From positions 340,256,001 through 340,320,000 of the forward strand of contig OZ024743.1 in assembly GCA_964016885.1 (NCBI GenBank): a DNA stretch of 64,000 nucleotides. Direction: 5' to 3'. Below the pieces are notes generated by a model that saw nothing but the letters and a program-made list of their open reading frames with translations, was not told where the DNA came from and made no database searches. Numbering within the stretch: position 1 is the stretch's first letter; each line of letters starts with the position of its first letter. Both the position numbers and the translations under genes were made by a program. Shown here piece by piece: positions 51,640 through 64,000 of the stretch. The stretch comes from Eledone cirrhosa (taxonomy: Eukaryota).

Positions 51640-53010
51640 TGATATCAGTTGTGGTAGAAGAATAAGATTGATGAAGAAGTGTCTACGAAAAGAGCATGGA
51701 TCTTATCCGGGTTTTCCTTGATGTCTTCGATGCTATGTATAAGGCACCCCTGTGGAAAATACTCTGAAAGAATAGTTGTTCAGATCACTTTGCATTGATA
51801 ATTAAATCATTCCACGATGAAATGGTAGCACGAGTCTTGTCAGTGAGATCATAGCGTAGAAAACGGAGTCAAACAATGTGACATCCTTGTTCAAAATCTT
51901 TCCCCCTTGTACTTTGCTGTTACTCTCATGCATTTGCCGTCGATTGCTCTTCTAGTATATACATGAGGAACCAAATGTTTAGTTGTTTAATTAATTTGCA
52001 GTATTTTGGTGCCCGTTCAACTCTAGTATATACATGAGGAACCAAACGTTTAGTTGTTTAATTAATTTGCAGTATTTTGGTGCCCGTTCAAATGTCTTTC
52101 AATATTTTATTTGGGATGTTCTTTATGAAAAGTATTGCGACTTAGTTACAAGTTTTTCAAATTCTCATGAATTATATTTCTACATCTAGTAAAGCATTTG
52201 AACTCAGTACTAGATTGATCAAGACTGTTATAATGCCCCCACCCCACACGCTATCTAAAAAGGCATACATATAAAACCGTCTGACTTAGTTACAGAAACA
52301 GAACTGAAAGTAATACAAGTTTGTCCAACTGGACAGCACATGCAGTCGTTCTTGCTCCTTACATGGGAGAAAATATCTCTAAGGCGCCAGAAAGTAACTG
52401 ATTCCTTTAGGAATATTAGGCTGCGTATCTGGTCACGAAATTAACAAAAGTTAATATATATTTTGCATGTATATTGGTCACTTTTCTTTACGTTTGTGAA
52501 ACATTTACAAACACTATGTAAAGGTTCTTGAGCGCTTTGATAAGAGATGTTTAAGGCATATTCAGAATGTCTGCCGGTCCTCGCAAACTCGAGATAAATA
52601 TTTTAGAAGTCGATGACTTGAACATTGAGACAATGGTAAATATGCACCATTTATGTTGGACCATCTACAGTGAGAATCAATGAGCAAACGATCCGGAATC
52701 AGACGTTGTAAAGTGAGCTTGCATGTAGAAAGCGGCCCCAGCACAGCTCAAGGCTGCCGTTTAAGGTCTGTATGAAGTTATCTTCGAAAGTATTTGAAAA
52801 AGTGAGATCAACTGTGAAAAAAATGTTTTTGATCGACGCCAATCGAGAAAACAGGTAATTAATGGTGTCGATATTTATGAGACATCACGCATTCTGTATG
52901 CAGAATATAAATGAAAAGAACGAACATACACAATTTGTAAAGCGGAATAGTTCTGTGATACTTGCGGTCGTATGTGAATTTCCAAGATTGATTTCATTGT
53001 AGTTGACAGT
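51640..53010 (+). mobile_element. Old degenerate RTE/BovB-like LINE 3' half
   Basis: Remnant peptides LWKIL, IIKSFHDEMVARV, GVKQ and terminal CDTCGR..SKI; contains a 71-bp tandem duplication (51951-52091). Confidence 0.65.
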
Positions 53011-53637
53011 TCATGAAAATGGATTGCAGTACATGTAGAAAGGTTTTGAAATCTATAGGCGGATCAAAATGTCGCGGAGCTATGCATCTATTTATCCGTC
53101 CATACATCATACGACATAATACTTTCTAGTTATCTTTTTTTATAAATCTTACGGTAAAATACGTTAACATTAACTTACCAGTAACAAATAAAAGTATGTT
53201 ACATGATATAAGCACTAACTAATATGATATCGATTGAAACAATCTTTGATAATTTTTGTTTTTCTTGAAATATCTGTGATATATCTACGCAAGATGAATG
53301 CGATTAAGCATTGGTCAGCCTTGGTCGAAATGACCTATGATCAGTTGTTCCAGCTAACATTGTCCCATTCTTTGCCAAGAATAATGTATCTAGGATTACA
53401 TTTCGTAATAAAAATGTTCATTATGTGACACAGTCAGGTGCAATTCAAGGAAGATTTGGGTTGGTATATTTAGCACGTTGTAGAACTGAGAAAGAGAAAT
53501 AGAGAAATAGAAGCTTGCTCGTGGATAGCATTATGTATATATATGTATATATATGTATATATATGTATATATATATATATATATAAAAAGGGGAAAAAAT
53601 ATATTTTTCTTCCTAATAATCGCCTGTTTCTCCCTGT

Positions 53638-53677
<40 letters not shown>

Positions 53678-53745
53678 TTAGAATTGGAGCTCTGAAATAG
53701 CAATATATATATGAATGTATATATAATGTATTTTGCAATTCTAAT

Positions 53746-53778
<33 letters not shown>

Positions 53779-53910
53779 AAGCAGAATCGATGTCAGTGTT
53801 GCAGCATATGTACAAACTTTATGGCATATTACAATTGCTTTGATATGGATCAGTTCAGGGTACGTGCACATATAAACTCGCATATTTGACGAGATATCGA
53901 AAAAGTGTCG

Positions 53911-53998
53911 TGCACCGTCATCAGCTCTCAAACCAGTAAAATGGTTTCGCACTACTTAATTGAGGCGAAACCATTTTGCTGGTTTGAGAGCTGGTGCA
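53911..53998. repeat. 29-bp inverted repeat (hairpin, 14-nt loop)
   Basis: CAGCTCTCAAACCAGTAAAATGGTTTCGC (53922-53950) pairs with 53965-53993 with one G-U; extendable by TGCACC/GGTGCA. Confidence 0.85.
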
Positions 53999-54330
53999 GA
54001 TGTGTGTATATAAACTTGTCTTGTACATCGCCTTTTTTATTTCCTTTTCCGATCACCTCTGTGCGCAAACACAAGTCTCCTTGTCCCTCCCCTTTCAATC
54101 TTTTCTATATTTTATCGGCATGCCACCCGCATTGTAGATTGTCTCTCTGTTGACCACTGGACGCTGGTCTCTGGCCTATGAGGCATTACTGCCCATCGCC
54201 TTCTTTGACAGCATTTAGCTATTTTAATGGCTGTTCCAGCGATGAGTTATCTCATTAATATATATATATATGTATGTAAATTTATATATATGTATGTATG
54301 TGTGTGCGTGTATATCTATCTATCTATCTA

Positions 54331-54413
<83 letters not shown>

Positions 54414-54464
54414 AAGGTCAACATGTAAAAACTACAAGAGAACAATAGAATAATGATATATTAA

Positions 54465-54670
54465 TTTGTAATTTAGGCACAAAGCCACCAAATTTGGCGG
54501 AAGGGCAAAGTTAATTAAAAGAACCCAATACTTGACTGCTACATCATTTTATCGACTTTGGAGGGATGAAAGGCAAGGTGGACCTTGGTGGCATTTACAA
54601 TTAGAACTTAGAAATTTTAACTAAATGCCGTAAGCATTTTGTCTGACGCTGTACTGATACTGCCAACCCA
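54465..54670 (-). mobile_element. Older family-1 SINE
   Basis: Diverged copy: TTTAGGCACAAAGCC, GATGAAAGGCAA, CTGATACTGCCAA. Confidence 0.7.
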
Positions 54671-54688
54671 ACACCTCAATACAATAAT

Positions 54689-54865
54689 TGTTTCTACTAT
54701 TGGCACAAGGCCAGAAATTACCCAGTACATTACTGGTACTTTATTTTATCGACCCCGAAAGGATGAAAGGCAAAGTTAACCTCGGCGGGATTTGAACTCA
54801 GAATGACAAGGGCCGTAACTCTATGCGTCAAAGCATGGCGTCCGAACCTCTACCGATACTGCCAA
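54689..54865 (-). mobile_element. Younger family-1 SINE with ~18-bp TSD
   Basis: TSD ACACCTCAATACAATAAT at 54671-54688 and 54866-54883. Confidence 0.88.
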
Positions 54866-57072
54866 ACACCTCAATACAATAATGATATATTAGTAGGATG
54901 CTTAATAGATATGGAAAAGATGTTATAAATTGAAAGAATATTTCACAAAACTATTTAGCATAAATAAGCATCAATATAAAGCTTAATACCTACAATGAAA
55001 GAAGGATCCTACTCAGGGACGCGTGTTCTGTCGTGCGCAGGAACATTCTAGACATTATTCAAAAGACTAACCTTCCTTTCCAGAGCCAGAAAATACCTCA
55101 GCCCTAAATAGATACTGACAACATGAATAACATAAGCGAATCCAATAATTGTATGCTGCTCCCACATCTATGACGAAACTGCTATTATATACACGAACGT
55201 GCTGAAGTACATCCAAAAGGCTGATCGTTCATTTTAGTACCCCCCCCCCCCCCCCCCCGAGAATATTGTGCTGAGGGAATAATGCTAACGTATCTGGAAC
55301 AATATTGCAGATATAAAGATAGACATACTCATTTATGGAAAGAAATGTCAGTTTTTACGATATAGAGTAGGATGTTCTTACGTGTAACAGCAGACCCATT
55401 CTACTACTCCATTGTAAGTTTCTCTTGATCTTTATATCGTGCTTTCATTTATGGTTTCTTTCAATTAATATCTTCAAAAGAAATATCTATATATATTTTC
55501 TTTTTCTTCAAAGAAACATTAATATATTAAAGAAGCTGCAACAAAATCAACGTTCATTCATATATAGGTCAGTATGGCAGATATAGACATAGACATTCCA
55601 AAACGCATTCACCAATACACTTCAAAATGTAGCCACAAACACGCAAACTTTTCACTCTACCTTTCATAATGCTACTACAATGGCATCTGGGCCCCAGAGT
55701 TAGATAGTTATATCAATATTTCATATATCAATATTTCGTGCCATATATACCACTTAGAAAATATAGAAGAGATAATGTTCAGCTCTAAATGCTAAAAGTG
55801 GTTGTTCTTAAAAGAGAGACAGTTTAGGTTTGTCTAAATGAACTTCTACATCAATATTACTTTATTCTTGGACAGTAGACCTTTCGAAATGTTATCTGTT
55901 TCTGAAAGCTTTTGTGATTGTTTGAAATTTGCTGTTTCAGTTAAATTTCTTTCTCTCTTCTGCTCTCTTTCTCACTCACTCACACACATAAATACACGCG
56001 CACACACACATAAACACACGAAAGCTCTTCATACAAACGTATGCAGACACACAAATAGCTGTTATACATCAAGTAATATATGTATTAAATTTTCTATACA
56101 AATCTGAGCTTCATACACTTTGATATAAGAAACTTACAAAATAATTCCTTTTGTAATGATATGGTTCTATCATAAATTCGTTTCTAAACAAGACTTGTAG
56201 AAGAAATTGATTAAAAGGAAAGTGTGAAAATTGTAGTTTAGGATATTCACAAGTATTGATACCTTACCGAGCGAGTATATTGGTTGTAGAGGTAACCTTC
56301 ACAATTGATAGGAAAGCAAAATGCCAGTACCAGCAGAAAACTAGTTCTTATTAAACATTATAAGTATTTATCTTCGAAGCAGGTTATATATAATGTTAAG
56401 ATGAAGTATAGTAATAAGTCCATCCACAGCTGCTTTAGGTTGTACTTAAAGCCGAAAGGGTTATATAACTCAAATAGGGCTATCATTATCAAAAATTCAA
56501 AAATGTCACAGAACAGTTAATATGTTAAGCGAGCAAATAGCTGAATATTAGTTACTGGATTATCTACGACCTTAACTCCTGATGGAGAAGTAGGTGCGCT
56601 GTCTTGACACAGGTCTGTCATAGGAGTTATAAACCAAGCAGAACACCTAATGTCTTCCAAAGAGAGAGAGAGAGAAAGAAAGAGGGGGGGGATAAAGTGA
56701 TAAAAACAGACAGGGGACGAATCGACCCCAGTATTGGTACTTTATTTATGGGCCTTGAAATATGGAAAAGCAGTTAATCTTTGCAGGATTTAAACTGACG
56801 CCCAAACGACTTTGCCAAATCACCATCTGTATATTAGTCATGACAAAATGCTTGTGTAAGGAATATTGCATATTTGAAATATCTCACAGCGATACCATCG
56901 TTTTCAAAACAATATATGTGAGCGTGTTTCAACAATGAGTTGAGGAGAACATACCCTAGGGTAGCGTTTTGCATGGTGTATGTATATTTTTTGTGTTCAG
57001 GGGTAAGTTAATCGATTTCATCAATTATTATTTATCGTGATCGACTATTATTATTATTATTTGGCATTGAAG

Positions 57073-57260
57073 GGCGGTGGATTGGCAGTATCAGTAGAGG
57101 GTCGGATGCCATGCTTTGACGAAAAGAGTTACGTCCCTTTACGATCTGAGTTCAAATCCCGCCGAGGTTAACTTTGCCTTTCATCCTTATGGGTTCGATA
57201 AAATAAAGTACCAGTAATGTAATGGGTAATTGCTGGCCTTGTGTAAAAAAAGTAGAAACA
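57073..57260 (+). mobile_element. tRNA-derived SINE (family 1)
   Basis: GGCGGTGGATTGGCAGTATCAGTAG..GAGTTCAAATCCC..(TTA)n tail. Confidence 0.88.
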
Positions 57261-57275
57261 ATTATTATTATTATT

Positions 57276-58321
57276 CTTTGAGTCTCAGTCATTGATGTTA
57301 TTTAACTGGAAAGTTTGTTGAAATGAATATCAGGCCGCTACCTGCAGCCTCAGATATTCAGGACGTATCGGAGGGTTCTTGCTGTTCCCAGCAAGCATGC
57401 CTTTTGAAGTGTTCCAAAAAGCGGGGCTGGACTAACTTTCTTTAACAATCCTTGGAAACTCTTTGAGATAGTACCTAGTGCGCCTATGACAATTGGGACG
57501 ACTCTGACTTCATGGCAGTTCCAAATCCTTTTTACCTCTTTAAGTCCTGGTATCGGTTAATTTTCTCCCTCTCCTTTTTTTGCACTCTCGTGTCAAATGG
57601 GCAGGCTACATCTACAATCAGGCACGATCTTTTTTTCCTTGTCCAAAACCACCAGGTCAGGTCTATTGTGTTCCAGTTTCTTATCCGTCTGTATCCTAAA
57701 ATCCCATAGCACCTTCACCTGATCGTTTTCTATCACCGACTCTGGCTTATGCTCATACCACTTCTCAGAATGTGGTAAATTATTTACTTTGCATAGGTGC
57801 CAGTGGTTCATCCTGCCCATCACATCATGTCTCCAGCCTTTATAGTGAGTCTGGGCTAGGTGTTTACACTCGGATACAATGTGAGCCAGTCTCCTCTCTC
57901 TCTCCACAGATCCTACACAGTGGGCTAGCCTCCTCATTGTAAATATGGTGTTTCACCCACTTCGTTTTGAGTGCCTGCTCTTGCGCAGCCATTAGCATTC
58001 CTTCTGTAGCCTTTTTAAGGTCTATTTTTAACCAGTTCCATGTCTGTGGATCTCTAAATTCAGTTTTCTCAAAGAAGGTACTATGAAGGGATTTTTCATG
58101 AAGGTTGGTCTTCCTCCTTATTGTTATTTCCTCCTTGGACATCCCCTGGTCTATTGTTCTCTCCTTCAGTACAATTCTGAGCATTGGCTCCCTACTCTCG
58201 GTCACGTATTTGTGCAGGTTGTTTTTCTCCATCTGAACACAGTCCTCTATGCTGATAAGACCTCTTCCACCTTCAGATCTCTTTAAGTAGAGTCTATCGA
58301 CATCACTCCTCTTGTGGAACA
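57276..58321 (-). mobile_element. 5'-truncated Dong-type (R4 clade) RLE LINE in (TAA)n
   Basis: DRLYLKRSEGGRGL, AAQEQAL, CRICGEREET..HIVSEC, RHD, LWDFRIQTD..HNRPDLVVLD; (TAA)n at both ends, the established Dong target repeat. Confidence 0.9.
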
Positions 58322-58326
58322 TGTTG

Positions 58327-58370
<44 letters not shown>

Positions 58371-58966
58371 GAATGCCATGGTTGACGGAGGCTCGGCTCT
58401 GTAAGGTATAGTAATTTTTAACCGCTATAACAATTGTAAATTGTTTAAAACTTTAACCAAATTGTAGATAAAAACACCCTCCTCCTCGTGAAAGGGGTCT
58501 TTCTGCCCGTTATTTGGCCCTTCAGGGTTAAATAATCGCTTATTGGGGTTTTGTGCCCAATATTCGTTTTAAACCCCAAAAAAACATGGCTACAAAAAAG
58601 AATTTTCACAAGTCACTCACACTCATTCCGTCTTCTTCTTCCTCAATCGTCACTACATCAGAGAGAAGATTGTCTCTCTCCCTCCCTTCTCTAAATGTGT
58701 CTCTCTCCCTCCCTTCTCTTTCGCAAGCGACGCCAGTAAAGAAAAAGAAAAATATAGTTTCTGATAATTTCCAAGAGCACGTGCAAACCGAGGAACATTT
58801 CTCCACGACGACGACAACGACGAAAAATGTGTGCGGTAAATACGGAAAGCCATTTCATTCGTCTGACGTCATGAATAATAGCAGTAGCAGCCGTATTAAC
58901 AGCAGCAGCAGCAACAGTGACAAGGAAAACAACAGTAGCAACCGCAATAGCATCAGCAGCAGCATA

Positions 58967-59012
<46 letters not shown>

Positions 59013-62000
59013 GCAGCAAGAACAGCGGCGGCGGCAGTCGTGGTACCAGCAGCAACAACAAAAGTAACAGCAGCTCTGACGACAACAACAACAACAACAA
59101 CAAAGAAAAACCAATCTCGTTTGCAGGTATCGCAAAGAACCTGAAAACCATCCTTATAACAAATGAGGAATTACAGGAAGCAAAGAAGATGGTGACGAAA
59201 ACCGGACACCGAGCAATCTGCAAAACAGCCGAAACATTTTTCGAAACCCAACAGCACTGTACGGTCACGTACCGTACAGTAAGCACAAAATCCCGTAGGG
59301 TTGAAAGAGCCACAGAGGCTCAAATACAAAAAAACCTTAGGGTCTGTGTGGCAGCGGAAAACGCATATCACCCGAGGCAAGAAATATGCCACCGTGGACG
59401 TGCTTTTTGCCACACCCCAGGAGGCAAAGGCTCAATCCTTAGTGACCCTAAGGAGCGAGGAAATGGTGTTGGTGCCCTTCTACTGCGGGCAAAAAATTGT
59501 GAGGGTCAAACTGACCCACGTCCTCCCCGGGAAGGCCCCTTCTTGGCTGGCCGCGTCTGTCCTCGTCGGAATCGAGGACAAAACAACTTTACTGCAAGTA
59601 CAGAAAAAAGTACGAGAAGATTGGGTTGGCACCTCCATTGAGATGTTAATCCAAACCAACCAGGAGTGCATCGAAGCTATCCCGGATGTGATAGACTTCT
59701 ATAACGGCACTCAACTGCCCATAAGTGTTGAGGGCAAATGCCCGAAATGCTTTCGCTGTGGATCGAAAACTCACCTCAGAGCTTTCTGCAATGAGAAGAC
59801 CCTGAGAAAGGAGAAAACCCCCCTCCTTCCGAAACCGGCTCCACTAGTACCAGCAACAGGACAAGCGGCAACCAGGAAGGATAGGTCCGTGGCACCCATA
59901 CCCACGCCACGGAAATCAAGAACAGCAGCAGCAGTGGAAGTATTAACAACAACAACAGCAATACCAAATGCAGCTGCAACAGAAACTCCACTGCAAATAT
60001 CACCAACAACAAGTGAAAGAGTGGAGCTGGTACCCCTCCCCGACCTCACAGAATCGGACAGGGAGTGAGAGGTGGGAGAGGGATGGCGAAAGGTAGCAAG
60101 AAGGCACACATGCAGAAGCAGCGCATCGTCGCCTTCGAAAAGGGAGGAAAGAAATGAAAAAAGGGTAAAGGCTACTGCAAAGAGACTTACAGCAGCAACA
60201 CCACCAACACCATCACCACCGGCGGCAACCCCACCGCAAACAACAACACCTTCAACACCACCACCACAAGCACCAACATCGCAAACACAACAACAAAACA
60301 CACACACCCTGCAACAACGACAAGAAAATTGCAGAACCACACCCCACCCACAGAAAAATAAATGCACAGCAATAAATACACGCAACAAGAAACTAATGAC
60401 TTACATAATTGAACACACAGACATTTGACAGCACGACTACATAATACCAGCACCAATCAAAACACCAACGAACTGGTAAGAATAGCACAGAAGCAATACA
60501 CAAACATTAAAACGAAATTACCCAACGCAATTGGTGAGTTCAGAGACCTAGGAGGGACACTCAACCGGCGAATATATTCGGATATACTCAGAGAAGAGCC
60601 GACGACCAGCCGAAGGGACGATTCAACGGTCCCTTCACCAGACGATCAAGTGAAATGGGATGGACAAACCATCCTTCCTCTACGAGAAGTAAGGTAAGTG
60701 GTCTTTCCCATCTTTTCCACTCCATTTCAACATGACCTCACTCAGAATAGGCAGCATAAATGCGCGTGGCTTGGGGTCGTCATGGAAGCAGGGCCACCTG
60801 CTCAATGACGTCAGGTCACTAAACATAGATGTAGTGGCGATCAGCGAGACCAGAATCTCCGAAGCACGGGCCTTCGCACCGATCTTCGGCGGCTACGATG
60901 TGTACGCATCTCCCAGCCGTCCTAGATCGGGGGGGGGGGAGTTGCTGTGCTTTTTCGGAGAGGTTTGGATCTCGCCATACGGGCCATCTTCCTGGACACA
61001 GAAGGTAAGTTGGTGGTGCTGAATGTGACCAGCGGAGATGTGCAAGCTTTCAGGCTAGTGGCCGTCAATGCCCCGACAGGAGAAGGGCGGCCTGATTTCT
61101 TCCGGCGTCTGGAGACCTTTCTTGGAACATCCTGCTCTTTAGTGTTAGTGGGCGACTGGAACGGGATCTTAGATGCACGCTGGGACTGTGTGGGATTAGC
61201 GGATAGGGGAGGAGGGTGCAAGAGCCTCACCAACCTGCTCAGGCGCTTTGAACTGCCTAACATGTACCGATTGGATTTCCCGAATGTGCCAATGTGGACT
61301 TGGACAAATCGCACAGGGTCATCCAGATCATATATAGATAGAGTATTTTGTAGGGAAATAGATAAATCTAGCATAGGAAGTCCACAATTCAAGATAGTCA
61401 GCTACACGGACCACAAATTCGTGATCTGTGTGCTTGACTTAGATAGGCTTCATAGACGAGGACCCGGCTACTGGAAGCTAAACGCGTCCTCACCAGCGCG
61501 CAAGGCCTACAGAGACCTGATTAGCGAACTAGTTAAGCGGGCGTTGACGGGGGCCATCGTCAACAGCAAGTGGTGGTTTGCTCTGAAAAGAGCGATTAGA
61601 ATAGAGTCCATTAGGTTTAGTAAGGCTTTAGCAATAGAGAAAAATAGAGCAGAGGGAGAACTAGTTAGAAAATTAGACGAGGCGTTTAGCAAAGGCATCG
61701 CGACCGACGTACTTGCGGCGAAATTGGCCCTTGACCAATTCTTCAATGCAAAGCACGAAGGCTGCGTTGTCAGAGCTAGGGTGCGTGCTCTCAGACACGA
61801 TGGGACGAAAGCCGTTCAATAGGCTCGAGTGGCGGAGGCGCGTCGTGGCAACAAAGCCACGATCCGGTCTTTGGTGGACCACGACGGGCGCATGCTACTC
61901 GATCCCGGGAAAATGTGTGAAGCTTTTCAGTGACACTTCGCTCAGCTGTTCGGGGGAAGCGGTGGGCCGGGTCGAGGGATGGACTTTAGTGTCTACCTCG

Positions 62001-64000
62001 ACGGACTGCCGCAGCTCTCGGCCACTGAGGCGGAGTGTTGCGAAAAGCCGATAACAGCCGCTGAAGTACGTGAGACAATGACTGGCTGCACAAGGGGTAA
62101 ATCGCCTGGTTTGGATGGTCTGCCTTCTGAACTTTACGTACAGATGCCAGACTTGTTCGGAGGCCTCTTGGCGGACGTCTACTGCAACTGGCAACAGAAC
62201 GGGAGAATTCCCGACTCTGTGAGCCGAGGAGCGGTGGAGCCGCTGAGAAAGGATCCGAACAAGGGGGATAACAGATAATTTCAGGCCCATAACTCTGCTA
62301 AACACAGAGTTCAAGATTTTGACTAAGGTGCTAGCAAATAGGTTGGCGCTTGTCGTTGGTGGTCTGGTGGGAGAAGCGCAGACATGCGCCATTCCCGACA
62401 GATCCATCCACGACAACCTCCACCTCATGCCATACATCGTAGAGAGGGTAGCTAGGGAACCTGGCACGGCTGGGTCTTTGATCAATTTAGATCAGTCGAA
62501 AGCTTTCGATAGGGTCGAAGGCGGCTTGCTTTGGGCCCGTCTTCAGAGGCTGGATCACTACCATGCACAGCGACATTTCCTCTGTGGTGAGAGTGAACGG
62601 TCACCTTTCAGAACCGTTCAACATCATGCTCTCGGTCCGCCAAGGATTTCCCCTCTCGTCCCTATTGTACGTATTGACTCTCGAGCCATTACTGCACAAA
62701 CTGGAGACGTTGAGGGGGGGTCCCGCGCGAACTAGGATGCGGAAGATCCGTGTCAGCATATGCGGACGATGTCACCGTAGTGGTGTCGAACGCCAAACAC
62801 ATCGAGGCGATCGGCACTACACTAAGAGAATACGAAGCGGTGACAGGAGCAATGATAAACCAGGAAAAGTCAGTGGGCCTGCAGCTCGGCACATGGAGAG
62901 GCAGGACCATGCCGTCCAACAGCGTCTTCGGGCGCTGGACGACGGACCGGTTAAATTGCTAGGGGTCTGGTTCGGTCCGGACCTCCAGACGGACAAAAAC
63001 TGGGACGAGGTGACGAGCAGGGTGGCTTCTCTCACCCAGAAATGTGCGGAGAGGAAGCTATTCCTAAAAGTTCGAGCGGAGGTGGCTAACGCGTACATCG
63101 CGTCCGTCATCCACTACCGCCTGACCGTCGTACCTTGTCCTAAGCACCGCCTGACTGCGCTGGAGCGTTTACTCTTTCGCTTTTTGTGGAAGGGACACGC
63201 TCCGATGGTCAGGCGGTCCATCTGTTGTCAACACCCGCAACGTGGGAGGCTGGGCATGCCGTGGCTGATGATGCGTAGACACGCGCTCAGGCTACGACAT
63301 CTCCACCTCTTCCTCGACGGTGCTCAGGTGTGGTCGCTGTTTGCTAGACGCGTCTTTCCCCAGCTCGTTTCCTTGACGGAGCTACAGTCCTGTGTCAAGC
63401 GAAGACCGAGAGGGAGCGCTTGGAGACTGGAATGTCTTCAGGCGCTCACAGCCCTCGACCTATCGGGCAATGTGATCGGTGGAAACTCAACCTTGGCGTT
63501 CTATAGAGGATTAGTGGAGGGGAAGAGCGACAACGTACTTGGGAAAACTCTAGGCCTCGACGAAAATCAACTAGCCAATCTCTTTGGAATAACTTTCGGG
63601 CCGGGGCCTATGGACAATTTCCAGAAATCCCTGGCCTGGCAGTGCTACTGAGGAGCTTTGCCAGTTCGGGATAAACTCTACAGGTATGGAGGTGCCGTCA
63701 GCCAGGCATGTCCGAGATGCGCGCAGGGCGACGAAACTGTCCTGCACGCACTCGTCCAGTGTCCGAGCATTGCTGACTTGTGGGTTTATGTCGAACACCT
63801 GCTGTCACGTGTAGGACGGATCCAGCTATCAGCTGAGTCCATCGTGAGGATTGCCCCGCCCTCTTACTTTAACCGGGAAGGGCAGGAAGTTTTTATCTGT
63901 CTGGTGGCCATGGCGAAAGAGATAGTATGGTGGACACGTTTGAAAGGGCTGAAGACGAGCACTTACTTCTTCAGTGATGCCCTGATTAAATTTTTCAAAT
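58371..64000 (+). mobile_element. Tx1/L1-clade LINE copy G (divergent subfamily), runs off the window
   Basis: 5'UTR after (TTA)n; ORF1 58586-60697 (CFRCGSKTHLRAFC); ORF2 from 60732 (NARGL, GDWN, TDH, KSPGLDG, KAFDRV, YADD, CPRC); frameshifted. Confidence 0.93.

Overview
AT-rich, microsatellite-dense eukaryotic DNA with no recognisable host gene. The SINE and simple-repeat landscape resembles a cephalopod (Octopus-like) genome; this is from memory and not verified. The window is dominated by non-LTR retrotransposons, each tied to a particular microsatellite. (i) A 21.6-kb head-to-tail array of six Tx1/L1-clade copies (A-F, 18071-39679, all +) sits in (TATC/TACC)n, and a divergent seventh copy (G, from 58371) runs off the window end. 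(ii) R4/Dong-clade RLE elements sit in (TACA)n and (TAA)n. (iii) There is a dimer of a ~610-bp non-autonomous RTE-derived element, plus old RTE fragments. (iv) About ten tRNA-derived SINEs are present. All TE ORFs are disrupted. The most notable signal is a spliceosomal architecture shared by divergent Tx1 subfamilies: a 67-68 nt GT..AG intron-like segment in the 5'UTR (canonical in 3 of 4 visible 5' ends, donor degenerate in the fourth), a consensus AG|GTRAGT donor overlapping the ORF1 stop codon (3/3), and a TAG|G acceptor-like site at the ORF2 stop codon (4/4). This suggests a LINE that retains introns and may splice out or fuse its RT ORF. It is a sequence-only inference and needs RNA evidence.
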